64,000 bases of DNA from Candidatus Multivoradales bacterium (GCA_965248925.1 CBDFLE010000004.1:1-64000); one strand, 5' to 3'; positions 18,998-29,341 are shown, counted from the stretch's first letter. A program made the numbers and translations. Notes: generated from the sequence alone by a model not told the origin.

Positions 18998-20019
18998 TGC
19001 GGATTCTGTCGTTGCCGGTCGCGGAGGCCGAAGGCTTGATCCTGTGTCACAACGTAGTTGCCCCAGGGGGCCGGCGAGCGTTGCGCAAGGGGCGCGCGCT
19101 GAGCATCGCGGATCTGGCGCTGCTCAGCGCTTTGGGTCGCCGCGAAGTTTATGTTGCCCGTCTGGATGCGGACGATGTGGCAGAGAACGTAGCCGCCGAA
19201 CGCATTGCCGGTGCGGTCGCTGGCGCTGGAGTGCGGCTCTCGGCGGCGACCACCGGCCGGGTCAATCTGCATGCTACTGGCCTCGGGCTCTTGCGGCTCG
19301 ACTTGAGCCGCTTGGATCGGCTGCATGGTTTTCAAGGGGTCACCCTGGCCACCTTGCGGCAGCATGGCGTGGTGCGCGAACGGCAGATCGTCGCTACTCT
19401 CAAGATTCTGCCCTACGCCCTGCCGCAGCCCATAGTGCAGCAGGTAGAGGCGGGGGCCGCCGAGCAGCCGGTGCTGTGGGTGGATCGTCTGCCTCGGCGG
19501 TCGGTGGCGCTGGTGCTGAGCGGCGGCGAGGCGGCTCGCGAGCGGCTAATAACGAGCTTTCGTGAGGCTCTCGAACCACGCTTGAACGCCCTCGGTGCGG
19601 AGTTGGACGCGGTCGAGTTTGTCGCCCTCGACGAAGAATCCGGCGAGCAGGCCCTAGCCGCGACCCTCTCTCGGCTGCTGGCGGCGGGCTGTGATTTGTT
19701 GCTGCTCGTGGGCGATACCGCGATCATGGATGCGCGAGACTTAGTGCCGCGGAGCATCGTGCGCGCGGGGGCGGAGATCGAGGCGTTTGGGGTGCCGGTG
19801 GACCCTGGCAACTTGCTGTTGTTGGCCTACCATGGAGAGACTCCGATTTTAGGTGCTCCCGGCTGTGCTCGCAGTCCTTGCGACAATGTGATCGATTTGA
19901 TCCTGCCGCGATTGCTGGCTGGAGATCGCCTGCACCGTGCCGATCTGATGCGCTGGGCTCACGGTGGCTTGATGAAGGACGTTCCCGAGCGCCCCTTCCC
20001 GCGCTCGCTGGCGGGTTGA
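18997..20019 (+). CDS. Molybdopterin-binding domain protein (MoeA-like)
   Basis: TGRVNLHA, GVPVDPGNLLLLA, GAPGCARSP, HGGLM. Confidence 0.85.
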   Translation: MRILSLPVAEAEGLILCHNVVAPGGRRALRKGRALSIADLALLSALGRREVYVARLDADDVAENVAAERIAGAVAGAGVRLSAATTGRVNLHATGLGLLRLDLSRLDRLHGFQGVTLATLRQHGVVRERQIVATLKILPYALPQPIVQQVEAGAAEQPVLWVDRLPRRSVALVLSGGEAARERLITSFREALEPRLNALGAELDAVEFVALDEESGEQALAATLSRLLAAGCDLLLLVGDTAIMDARDLVPRSIVRAGAEIEAFGVPVDPGNLLLLAYHGETPILGAPGCARSPCDNVIDLILPRLLAGDRLHRADLMRWAHGGLMKDVPERPFPRSLAG

Positions 20020-20164
20020 GGTCGGTGCGGGTTGAAACAGCTACGTAGCGATGGCGTAGGAACATCCAGCGGTTGTAGCGCCGCCCGCGATGACGCAGAA
20101 ATAGCAATGACCGGCGAGTCCAGCAGTTCCTGCGGTGCTTTTTGCCGAGGTCGGAGACTTCGAT

Positions 20165-22300
20165 TTGCGATTTGATTTCAATGGAGCACGATGTGCGTCA
20201 TTGCTGTTGGGAACGGTCTTGGCAGCCTGTGGGGGCTCGGTGCCGCGGGCCACTGGCCCGGCGGCTGACCCGGCCGAGCCACTGCGCTCGCCAGCTGAGC
20301 GCGGTGCAATTCCCGCCACCGCCCGAGTGGTCGACTACGATCTGCAGGCGCGGCTCGACAGCGTCGAACACCGCCTTGAAGGCCGCGCCCGGCTGGTGTG
20401 GCGCAATCGCACCCAACGTACCGTTCAGTCGTTGCCGCTACACCTCTACATGAATGCGTTTCGGGCCCAAGACACGGCCTGGATGGACGCCAGCCGCGGT
20501 AGTCATCGCGGCGAGGAACAAAGGGCCGATTCTCCCTGGGGCTACATTGATGTTCATCGCGTGACGTGGGTGGGTCAAGGTCGCTGGCGGGGGGCAGAGG
20601 ATGTTGCCGTGGAAGCGGTCGTGCCGCCGCTTGAATTGTCTTGGGCCGAGGATCCTGAGCCCACCACCATGCGGGTGCAGTTGGCGCGGCCGGTGGGGCC
20701 TGGTGAGGCGGTGGCGTTGCAGCTGGAGTTCACCACCCAACTGCCCGGCCTGATCGCTCGCACTGGCTGGTCGGGCTCGTTCCATGCTGTCGCTCAGTGG
20801 TTTCCCAAAGTAGGCGTGCTCGATCCCGAGCGGGGTTGGCAGAACCACACGTTTCATTTGTACAGCGAGTTCTTCGCCGATTTCGGTCACTATCGGGCGC
20901 TGCTCGACCTGCCGGCGGAGCTGGTGGTCGGGGCCACTGGGGTGCGGGTGGCGGAGCGCTTCGTCGACGGCCGCCAGATCTTGGAGTACCGCGCCGAGAT
21001 GGTGCATGATTTCGCCTTCATGGCCGATCCGGGCTTTGTCGAGCACCGTGCCGTCCATCGCGGCATTCAAATTCGCCAGCTGCTACGCCCGCCACGCCTG
21101 GTGGAAGTCGAAACTCACCTTGAGGTGTTGCGCCATGCTCTCGACAGCTACCAGCAGCGCTTCGGCCCCTACCCGTGGTCGACCCTGACAGTGATTCATC
21201 CACCTCCCGGCGCCGCGGGGGCGGATGGCATGGAGTATCCGACCCTGTTCACTACTAATGGGCGCTCCGGCATTCCCGAGTGGGCGCGGTCGACCCTGGT
21301 TGACGAGCGTATTCTTGGCTTGTTCACCACCCTGCATGAGTTCAGCCATCAGTATTTTCAAGGCATGTTGGCCTCCGACGAGCACCGCCAGCCGTGGTTG
21401 GACGAAGGGGTCGCGTCGGTGACCAATGTCTTGGCGTCGCAGGACCTCTACGGTGAGGACGCCTGGGTGGTGTGGATTTTGGGCCATGGACTGGCGAGCA
21501 GCGATGGCATGAGCTTGGGGATCCGCGGCAGCGGCAATCTCGATCGCCTCGATCAGCCGGCCTCGGCTTTCTCACCCGTGTTGCACACCTATGGCATGAC
21601 CACTTATATGAAGACAGCGACCGCCTTGCTGACCCTGCGTCGCTTGGTTGGCGCTGGGCCTTTCGACGCCGCTCTGGCGACCTATTTCGAGCGCTTTCGT
21701 TTTCGCCATCCCCGGGGGGACGACTTGCAAGCGGTGTTGGTCGAGCAGCTCGGTAGCTGTCCGCAGCTAGAAGTCGAGGCGGGAGTGGTGGCGAACTGCC
21801 TAGACTTGGATCGCTTTTTACGTCAGCTGCGGCAGGAAACCGCGACTGTCGACTATGGGCTGGGGGCGGTCAGCCATCGTTGGCGAGCCGGCGAGGCCGG
21901 CTGGCATCGAGATGCCGCGGGGCAGTTGGCCGGCGGCGAGCAGCCCAGCCAGCTCGGAGTTGAGTTCGACGAGTTGCCGGACGAGGAGATCGAGAGCGTC
22001 GTGGTGGTCGTTCGCCACGGCGAATTTCGACTGCCGGTGGAGCTACAAGTCGAGTTTGCCGACGGCAGTCGCGAGCAACGCCTGTGGGACGGTCGCGGCA
22101 AGTACCAGACTTTCCTATTTCCCGGTCGCCGGGTGCGCTCGGCGTGGCTCGATCCGCGGCGCAAGTTGCTTCTCGAGTCCCGCTTGCTCGACAATCGGCG
22201 GCTGGCCCCAGGCAGTCGCCAGGAGGTCAGCTTGGCTGGCTCGATCGAAGATCTCGGGGAGGCCCTCAGCCTGGCCTTGCTGGTAGGGCTTGGCTCGTGA
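20165..22300 (+). CDS. M1-family zinc aminopeptidase, probable lipoprotein
   Basis: Lipobox LAAC, QWFPK, GMEYP, HEFSHQYF, WLDEG. TTG 20165 follows GGAG. Confidence 0.9.
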   Translation: MRFDFNGARCASLLLGTVLAACGGSVPRATGPAADPAEPLRSPAERGAIPATARVVDYDLQARLDSVEHRLEGRARLVWRNRTQRTVQSLPLHLYMNAFRAQDTAWMDASRGSHRGEEQRADSPWGYIDVHRVTWVGQGRWRGAEDVAVEAVVPPLELSWAEDPEPTTMRVQLARPVGPGEAVALQLEFTTQLPGLIARTGWSGSFHAVAQWFPKVGVLDPERGWQNHTFHLYSEFFADFGHYRALLDLPAELVVGATGVRVAERFVDGRQILEYRAEMVHDFAFMADPGFVEHRAVHRGIQIRQLLRPPRLVEVETHLEVLRHALDSYQQRFGPYPWSTLTVIHPPPGAAGADGMEYPTLFTTNGRSGIPEWARSTLVDERILGLFTTLHEFSHQYFQGMLASDEHRQPWLDEGVASVTNVLASQDLYGEDAWVVWILGHGLASSDGMSLGIRGSGNLDRLDQPASAFSPVLHTYGMTTYMKTATALLTLRRLVGAGPFDAALATYFERFRFRHPRGDDLQAVLVEQLGSCPQLEVEAGVVANCLDLDRFLRQLRQETATVDYGLGAVSHRWRAGEAGWHRDAAGQLAGGEQPSQLGVEFDELPDEEIESVVVVVRHGEFRLPVELQVEFADGSREQRLWDGRGKYQTFLFPGRRVRSAWLDPRRKLLLESRLLDNRRLAPGSRQEVSLAGSIEDLGEALSLALLVGLGS

Positions 22301-23304
22301 GAGGGATGCGCTTGTTGTGGTGCTCACCGGGCCTGGTGGCGGGTGTGGTTGGCCTCTATTTGCTACTCGGGGCTGGGCTGTCGCGGGGACTCGGTAAGGC
22401 GGTGGCGGCGACCCTGCAAGATTTTGCGCCGGTGTCAGAGGGCCGGGTCTTGGCTGTGTTGATGGATCTGACTATGAGCCATCCGAGTCACCTAGGTCAG
22501 CTGGGCGCCTTACTCGAGAGCTCCGCCCTGCTTGGACTGTTGACTTGGACGGTCTTGGTCGGCGGGGTGATCGTTGCCCTTGATCGCTCACTGCGCGGGC
22601 CGGAATTAGTGGCCGCGGCGGTGCGGCACTTACCGGGGATCGTCGTCGTCAGCTTGTGGCATTTCGCCCTGCGGGCCGGGTTGTTGACCGCCGTCGGCTT
22701 GCTGGTCCTGGTACCGGGGGTGGAGGCGCCAGCTTTGGCCAAGGTGGTCCCGTTGTTGGCCAATGGACTTTTGCTGCTGGCGCTGGGTTTCTCGGCCTGC
22801 GCCCTCGATCTGGCGCGGGTGATGGTGGTGGTCGAGGAGCAGCGAGGATTGGGTCCGGCGATCGCTTGGCGTGCCTTCCGCCGAGCGGGTCGCAACCCTC
22901 GATTGCTGGCTAGCTCTCTACTGCTGTCGATCCTACGCTGGCTGCTGTTGTTGCTCACCGTGGCGGTGGCGATAGCCGCCTTTGGCCAGCCCTGGTCGCC
23001 CTGGGCGGTGCGCGGGCTGGCCGCGCTGGCGGTAGTCTGCGGTTTGGCCAGATTGGCGATCACCGTGGCTCATTGTCGCCATACTTCACGGTCGCCGGGT
23101 GGCGGTTCAGAGCGGACCTTGAGCGTGCCAGCGGTGGAGGCGCAGCAAGCCAAGGCCGAAGTGGTACCCCAGCCCAGCCAGCAACAGGCCCGCAATGGCG
23201 TCTGCCAAATAATGCCAACCGGTGACCACCGAGCCGATCACCATCAGCAGCACCGAGATCCACAGCACGATGCCCAGCCAGCGGGACAGCTTGCGCGCCC
23301 ATAG
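22297..23304 (+). CDS. Multi-pass membrane protein coupled to the M1 peptidase
   Basis: GTG overlaps the peptidase TGA. About 6 hydrophobic helices. The 3' end overlaps the convergent gene. Confidence 0.65.
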   Translation: MRGMRLLWCSPGLVAGVVGLYLLLGAGLSRGLGKAVAATLQDFAPVSEGRVLAVLMDLTMSHPSHLGQLGALLESSALLGLLTWTVLVGGVIVALDRSLRGPELVAAAVRHLPGIVVVSLWHFALRAGLLTAVGLLVLVPGVEAPALAKVVPLLANGLLLLALGFSACALDLARVMVVVEEQRGLGPAIAWRAFRRAGRNPRLLASSLLLSILRWLLLLLTVAVAIAAFGQPWSPWAVRGLAALAVVCGLARLAITVAHCRHTSRSPGGGSERTLSVPAVEAQQAKAEVVPQPSQQQARNGVCQIMPTGDHRADHHQQHRDPQHDAQPAGQLARP

Positions 23305-24072
23305 GGCGATGAAAGCCTGGAAGGCGACGTGCAGGCTGGGCATGGCGGCGATGCCAGCCATCACATTGAGTTCGGGGCTGAAAATACCCTGGGGAATTTT
23401 CGCCACCAGCCGGTAGTTGTCGAGCAAGACTTGCTGCGAGCCGATGGCCACCGGCAAATGCTCGGCAAAGGGCTGCCAAATCTCGGGAAAGACGTAGCAC
23501 GGCCCCAGGGTTGGCAGCAGGGCGTAGAGCCAGGCACCGCCCAACCACACGGTCGAAGCACCGCTGGCCCAGGCCAGCCGCAGGCGGTCGGAGGCGAAGG
23601 AGAAGAAGAAAGGCAAAGAGCCGAGCAGAGTCCACAAGAAGAGCCTGCCATAGCCAGCATCGATGAGTTCCAACACCTTCGGCTGGCCGAAAGCGTAGAG
23701 CAGGAGGACGTTCGGTGAATGGCCGAAGAACAGCCAGCGATCGACTTGCCATAGCTGCGTGTCATAGACCGTCGGATGGACTAGCTGGAGCATCACTTTG
23801 AGCCAGCCATAGACGTGAATCACCAGTGCCGTGGAGAGCACCAGACGCACCGTGAACAACCACCAGATGGGGTCGCGCAGAGTCTTCAAATAGCGCCCTC
23901 CGTGGCCGCGGAGGAAGGCATAGGCGGTGCGGGCGGCGATGCCAGACAAGCACAGTCCGAGCAACACCGGCCCAACTTCCAAGAGGGTGTGCAGGATGGC
24001 GATTGGGTGTAGGCCCGGACCGCGAAAATGCAGTAGCAAGTGCAGCGCCACCACTTGCACCAGGATCAGCAT
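23107..24072 (-). CDS. PAP2-superfamily (AUR1/IPC synthase-like) membrane protein
   Basis: PTLGP, AAMPSLHVA, GWHYLADAIAG. The start may extend to ATC 24135. Confidence 0.85.
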   Translation of the reverse strand: MLILVQVVALHLLLHFRGPGLHPIAILHTLLEVGPVLLGLCLSGIAARTAYAFLRGHGGRYLKTLRDPIWWLFTVRLVLSTALVIHVYGWLKVMLQLVHPTVYDTQLWQVDRWLFFGHSPNVLLLYAFGQPKVLELIDAGYGRLFLWTLLGSLPFFFSFASDRLRLAWASGASTVWLGGAWLYALLPTLGPCYVFPEIWQPFAEHLPVAIGSQQVLLDNYRLVAKIPQGIFSPELNVMAGIAAMPSLHVAFQAFIALWARKLSRWLGIVLWISVLLMVIGSVVTGWHYLADAIAGLLLAGLGYHFGLGLLRLHRWHAQGPL

Positions 24073-24340
24073 CTCGAAAGGGTAGAGCTTGAGGTGCCAG
24101 CGGGTGGGCTCAGCGAGGCGATGCAGGCGTCTGATGGTGCGCTCCTCCAGGTTCGGGATCTGCTATCGGCGGGCAGCTCGATAGTGATGGGGCCGAGTAG
24201 ATCACCCGTGCCAGGCAGCGGCAAGTCGGCTTCGCGGGTGTCTTCAAAAGGGCTCGCCGGCTGCTAGAATCGGCGCTCAGCGAACTTCTCCGGCGGCATC
24301 TCTGCCGCCGCCCTGATCGACAGCGGAGCCGAACCAAGAG

Positions 24341-26251
24341 ATGGGCTACCTCGAGCCGTTGATGCGGCAGAATTTTCTCGAATACGCCAGCTACGTGATC
24401 ATCGATCGCGCCATTCCAGACTTGCGCGATGGTTGCAAGCCGGTGCAGCGGCGCTTGCTGGCAACCCTCTTCGCGATGGACGATGGGCGCTATCACAAAG
24501 TAGCCAATGTGATCGGCGACACGATGAAGCTGCACCCCCACGGCGACGCCTCGATCGGCGATGCCCTGGTGGTGCTGGCGAATAAAGAATATTTCATCGA
24601 CAAGCAGGGCAACTTTGGCAATATCTTGACCGGCCATCCGGCAGCGGCGGCGCGCTACATCGAGTGTCGACTGACCCCGCTGGCCAAGGACACCCTATTC
24701 AGCAACAAGTTGACTGCTCACCGCCCGAGCTACGACGGCCGCCACGAGGAGCCGATCTTCCTGCCCGCCAAGCTGCCGGTGATTCTGCTACTTGGCATCG
24801 AAGGCATCGCGGTGGGCATGTCGACTCGGATCTTGCCCCACAACTTCTGCGAATTGCTCGAGGCACAGATTGCCTTGCTGCGCCGGGAAGATATCGCCCT
24901 ATTCCCAGATTTTCCCCAGGGCGGCTTGATGGACGCGCTGGAGTACGATGATGGCCGCGGCAAGGTGCGGGTGCGGGCACGGCTAGAAACCTCGCGCGAC
25001 CGCAAGACCATGACCATCCGTGAGGTGCCCTACAGCACTACCACCGAGAGCCTGATCAACTCGATCGAAGCCGCCGCCCAGAAAGGCAAGTTGAAGGTCA
25101 CTTCGATCGAAGATCGCACCGCCGAACAGGTCGAGATCGTGCTCCACCTGTCGCGCGGTGTCTATGCCGACGAGGTCGAGCCGCAGCTCTACGCCTACAC
25201 CCAATGCGAAGTGGCGATCAACTCCAGCCTGATCGTCATCACCGACGAGCGGCCGCTGCAACTCACCGTCACCGAAGTGCTCAAGAACACCACCGATCGG
25301 CTGCGAGAGCAGATTCGCCGGGAGCTGGAACTCGAGGCCCGTGAACTCGAAGATCGTCGTCACTACCTAACCCTGGAGCAGATCTTCATCGAGAATCGGG
25401 TCTACCAACGCATCGAGGAGGCGCGCACCGCGGCTGCCGTGCGCCGCGAAGTGCGCGAGGGCATGGAGGAATACCGCCGCCTCTTTGTTCGTGATCTGGA
25501 CGACGACGACATCGAGCGCTTGTTGCAGATTCGCATCCGCCGGATCTCGCTCTTTGACATCGAGAAGAACCGCAAGGACATCGGCGATATCGTTCGCGCC
25601 TTGCGCACCACTCGCGGCAAGCTGCGGCGGCTGACTCAGACCACCGTTGAATTCATCACTGGGCTGCTCGAAAAATACGGTGCCAAGTACCCTCGGCGTA
25701 CCGAGATCGTCGCTTTCGAGCAGGTCTCCAAGCAGGAGGTCGCGCGGCAGAGCTTGAAAGTCTCCTACGATCCGGACAGCGGTTTCTTGGGCAGCGATGT
25801 GCGGGGCAGCAAGCACAAGCTGACGGTGAGCGAGTACGACAAGCTGCTGGTGGTCTCGGCCGACGGCACCTACCGTATCGTTGGCCCGCCAGAGAAGCTA
25901 TTCGTCGGCAAGAAGGTGCGCTTCATCGAGCCCTTCGACAAAGAGGCCGGCGCGGTGCTGAGCTACCTATATCGCGATCCTGACAAGAATGCTTGGGCGA
26001 AAAAGATCCACATCCAGGGCTTCATCCACGACAAAGTCTACGAGCTGGTCAAGGGCAGCAAGGGCAGGATTCTCAACCTCTGGCTCGGCGATCCGCCGTT
26101 CAGTCGCGTGCATCTGCAATTCGTGCCGAAGACGCGCCAGCGGGTCAACGAGGGATGGTTCGAGCTGGCCGGACTCGAGGTCTGTGGCCTGGCGGCCCGT
26201 GGCACTCGGATGGCCACCAAGGCGGTGGAGAAGATCCGATTGGAGCGATGA
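24341..26251 (+). CDS. parC: DNA topoisomerase IV subunit A (short type)
   Basis: DRAIPDLRDGCKPVQRR, HPHGDASI, AAARYIE catalytic Tyr, GIAVGMST. No GyrA-box seen. Confidence 0.88.
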   Translation: MGYLEPLMRQNFLEYASYVIIDRAIPDLRDGCKPVQRRLLATLFAMDDGRYHKVANVIGDTMKLHPHGDASIGDALVVLANKEYFIDKQGNFGNILTGHPAAAARYIECRLTPLAKDTLFSNKLTAHRPSYDGRHEEPIFLPAKLPVILLLGIEGIAVGMSTRILPHNFCELLEAQIALLRREDIALFPDFPQGGLMDALEYDDGRGKVRVRARLETSRDRKTMTIREVPYSTTTESLINSIEAAAQKGKLKVTSIEDRTAEQVEIVLHLSRGVYADEVEPQLYAYTQCEVAINSSLIVITDERPLQLTVTEVLKNTTDRLREQIRRELELEARELEDRRHYLTLEQIFIENRVYQRIEEARTAAAVRREVREGMEEYRRLFVRDLDDDDIERLLQIRIRRISLFDIEKNRKDIGDIVRALRTTRGKLRRLTQTTVEFITGLLEKYGAKYPRRTEIVAFEQVSKQEVARQSLKVSYDPDSGFLGSDVRGSKHKLTVSEYDKLLVVSADGTYRIVGPPEKLFVGKKVRFIEPFDKEAGAVLSYLYRDPDKNAWAKKIHIQGFIHDKVYELVKGSKGRILNLWLGDPPFSRVHLQFVPKTRQRVNEGWFELAGLEVCGLAARGTRMATKAVEKIRLER

Positions 26252-26287
26252 CACTAAATGCGGTCCTGTGCCATCAGGAGTTTTCTA

Positions 26288-26312
26288 TGCCACGATCGCG
26301 ATTCTGTGGCAT
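26288..26312. promoter_or_regulatory. Inverted repeat, probable TA operator
   Basis: ATGCCAC-N11-GTGGCAT directly upstream of the antitoxin ATG. Confidence 0.6.
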
Positions 26313-26324
26313 GATTCTTCCATC

Positions 26325-26606
26325 ATGACCCATTGGACGATACCACCCCAAGAGATCCAACTCAGCCCCCAAGGGCGCATCGTCATTCCCATCGACCTGC
26401 GCCGGCAGCTCGATCTACAGCCCGGTGAGGTGCTGATCACCCGCATCGAGGAGGGGCGTCTAGTGTTGGAGAAGCGCGACAATGTTCTGCGTCGGCTACG
26501 CCACCGGTTCGCCCAAGTGCAGGAAGGAGTCAGCTTGGCCGACGAGCTGATCGCCGAGCGCCGTCGCGAAGCTGCCGCCGAGAGTGGTGAGTCCAGCGAT
26601 GAGTGA
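26325..26606 (+). CDS. AbrB/MazE-family antitoxin
   Basis: QGRIVIPIDLRRQLDLQPGE and SLADELIAERRREA. Confidence 0.9.
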   Translation: MTHWTIPPQEIQLSPQGRIVIPIDLRRQLDLQPGEVLITRIEEGRLVLEKRDNVLRRLRHRFAQVQEGVSLADELIAERRREAAAESGESSDE

Positions 26607-27012
26607 TAGCAGGGTTGAGGACCGCAGCCTCGCCTTTGTCCTCGACGCTTCGGCGTTGCTCGCCATGTTGCAGGGCGAGCGCGGTGGCGAGAGGGTCGAG
26701 GCGGTGTTGGAGCATGTGGTGATCTCGGCCGTCAACTGGTCCGAAGTGGTGCAGAAGGCCGCCGCCCGCGGCGTGCCGGTCGACGGCTTGCGCGAAGATT
26801 TGCGAGCTCTGGGAATGGCCGTCCTGCCCTTCGACCCGGTCGACGGCGAGGCCGCCGCCGCGCTCTGGCCGACCACCCGCAGCCGTGGCTTATCGCTCGG
26901 CGACCGCGCCTGCCTGGCCCTCGCCAAGCGCTTGGGAATTCCCGCCCTCACCGCCGACCGAGTCTGGGCGGACCTCGACCTGCCGGTCGAGATTGAACTT
27001 CTACGCCGCTAG
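26599..27012 (+). CDS. vapC: PIN-domain VapC toxin
   Basis: VLDASALLA, SAVNWSEV, LSLGDRACLALA, TADRVW. Overlaps the antitoxin. Confidence 0.92.
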   Translation: MSDSRVEDRSLAFVLDASALLAMLQGERGGERVEAVLEHVVISAVNWSEVVQKAAARGVPVDGLREDLRALGMAVLPFDPVDGEAAAALWPTTRSRGLSLGDRACLALAKRLGIPALTADRVWADLDLPVEIELLRR

Positions 27013-27255
27013 CAGCCCCCGTCGGACGCTCGTCGCCTATCGGACGTTGGCGGTAACTCGTCCCCACCCAGGTGGGGGGCATAGCGGGTCTACTTGGTGG
27101 AGGTTGGTGGCTGACTGCTCGCCGCGCCCTGCTCTTGGACAACTAAGTGGATGTGTCCCGAAGTCTGTAGAAAAGCAGAATTGGCGCCAAGTCTCCAGCA
27201 GTAGCGTTGATTGTACCTTCTATGCTGCCCCCTGGCGTCGCTGGTCAGTGAGAAG

Positions 27256-27820
27256 TGGAGCTACCCCGGTTTGGTGGACAGTTTATCTCTTCGAACCTCC
27301 GTCGTTGTCGCGGCAGCTTCCCTACCCCTCTGATCGTCGCCGTTCATGCGGCGCGTTCCAGTTCACGATTCTCAAACGCCATGGGACTGAGATAACCCAA
27401 GGCAGAGTGGCGTCGATGTGGGTTGTACCAGCCTTCGACAAAATCGAGGGTCGCCATTCGAGCGTCGATCTGCGTGCGAAATTTGTGTCGCTCCAGCAAC
27501 TCGCACTCGAGCGTTGCAAAGAAGCTCTCGCACATGGCGTTATCAAAGCAATCACCGACCGAGCCCATCGAGGGCCTCACGCCTGCCCGCTTGCAGCGTA
27601 GACCCAAGGCGATCGAGGTATATTGCGTGCCTTGATCCGAGTGATGGATGACCGACTTCGGTCGCTGTTGATGAAGCGCATCTCAAGCGCCTCAAGCACC
27701 AGGCCGGAGCGAAGGTGTGTCCCCATGGACCAGCCGAAGATCCGACGACTCCAGGCATCTAGGACCACGGCCTGATACAAGAAGCCGCTACGGGTGGGGA
27801 TGTAAGTGATGTCGGCGATG
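27256..27820 (-). pseudogene. Truncated, frameshifted IS3-family transposase remnant with one terminal IR
   Basis: ADITYIPT..VVLDAWSRRIFGWSM, then a frameshift to HHSDQGTQY..GDCFDNAMCESFFATLE..WYNPHRRHSALGYLSP. IR-like TGGAGCTACCCCGGTTTGGTGGACA at 27256-27280. Confidence 0.88.
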
Positions 27821-27997
27821 CCTGCCGATAGCTTTGACCGCGGGGGAGGTGTAAGTCTCGGCTCGGTTGGGCTCGCCTCAGCGCGCGAGGATGGTGCCGT
27901 CAAGATCGATGGAGAGAATCGCCCCAGGGTTTCTTTTCTTTCGGATCGAGGCCAGGTACCGTCCGATGGATGCTCTCGAGAGCTACCCGGAAGGCGC

Positions 27998-29341
27998 TCA
28001 ACCGTTTGCTGATGGCCCCGGCGGCAACCAAAAAGTCACCGCCAGCCCGCCCTCTGGATTGCCTTTTAGAGACAACTTGCCATCGTGGGCTTCTACGATT
28101 TCGCGGCACAGTGGTAGGCCGAGGCCGGTGCCGGTTTTCTTGGTCGAGTAAAAGGGTAGGAGAGCTTTGCGCAGGGTTTCTTCGTCCATGCCGTGGCCTT
28201 GATCGATCACTTGGACGAAGGTGCCGGACTCTGGGCTGGCGTCGATTCGCAGCTTGACCTGGGCGGCTCCGGGACTGGCTTCGATGGCGTTCTTGACCAG
28301 ATTGACCAGCACTTGGCGGATTTGGGCGGGGTCGAACCAACCGGCGGTCTGCGGTAGGTCGCCTTCGACTTCGAGGGTCGGGAATTCGGCCAGAGAGTCG
28401 ACGATCTCGCTCCAGGCGGCGGCGCGCTGCCGCGGCTTGGGCAGTCGGGCGAAACGACCGTAGCCTTCGATGAAACCTTGGAGGAAGTCGAGACGCTCGC
28501 GGATGGTGGCGAAGACTTCGGGCGCTTTGGCGGCGCGCTCGGGGTCGCTAGTCAGAACTTCCGCCGAGTGGATCAGGGACGAGATCGGAGCTAGTGAATT
28601 GTTGAGCTCGTGGGAGATCACCCGGATGACCTTTTTCCAGGTCTCGGCTTCTTGCCGGCCGAGTTCTCCAGTCAGGCGTCGTAGGAGGACCAGGCGATGC
28701 TGGCGGCGGTTGATTTGAAAGACTCGCTGCGAGAGATGATAGGTCTCGTTTTCGCCTCCAGACGGGACACTGAACAACCCGTCGGTACGGGTTTGGAGGA
28801 TCTCCCGCATCGCCGGTGGGCAGCCTTCGATCAACTCGGAGAATTTCATCCCTTCGGGCTTGGTGCCGCCCATCAAGAGTCGCTTGGACTCGCGATTGGA
28901 GTAGATCACCCGGCCCATTTGATTGACCAACAGCGTGGCGGCGGGGGACTGGTCAAGGGCTGTTGCTAGTAGAAGCTCGCGCTGCAACAGATCCTTGCGT
29001 TCTTCGTGCAAGACCTCACCGACGGTGTTGTAAAGCTTGACCAACTCGCCAAGCTCGTCGTTGCGGCGATAGGCCAAGCGGATCGAGAAGTCGCGATCGT
29101 GAAAGCTGGAGATGCCGTCCGACAGACCCCGCATGACGGTGGTCACCGGGCGGACGACCCTACCGATGGCCCAGGCTCCGAGGGGCAACGCGATGGCGAG
29201 GATGGCCAGGAAGAGGGTGCTTGGATCAAGCTCGAAGGGTAACCAGCTGGCGGCTGCCGCCAAGGCGGCGACGCCAGTTACCAACAGCAGAAAGACAGCC
29301 GTGATCCGGCCGCCCAAAGAGATCTTCAGCTTGTGGCTCAT
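27998..29341 (-). CDS. HAMP/PAS sensor histidine kinase (NtrY-like)
   Basis: 2 TM, HAMP, SHELNNSL H-box, NLVKNA, DQGHG, PFYSTKKTGTGLGL. Confidence 0.93.
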   Translation of the reverse strand: MSHKLKISLGGRITAVFLLLVTGVAALAAAASWLPFELDPSTLFLAILAIALPLGAWAIGRVVRPVTTVMRGLSDGISSFHDRDFSIRLAYRRNDELGELVKLYNTVGEVLHEERKDLLQRELLLATALDQSPAATLLVNQMGRVIYSNRESKRLLMGGTKPEGMKFSELIEGCPPAMREILQTRTDGLFSVPSGGENETYHLSQRVFQINRRQHRLVLLRRLTGELGRQEAETWKKVIRVISHELNNSLAPISSLIHSAEVLTSDPERAAKAPEVFATIRERLDFLQGFIEGYGRFARLPKPRQRAAAWSEIVDSLAEFPTLEVEGDLPQTAGWFDPAQIRQVLVNLVKNAIEASPGAAQVKLRIDASPESGTFVQVIDQGHGMDEETLRKALLPFYSTKKTGTGLGLPLCREIVEAHDGKLSLKGNPEGGLAVTFWLPPGPSANG

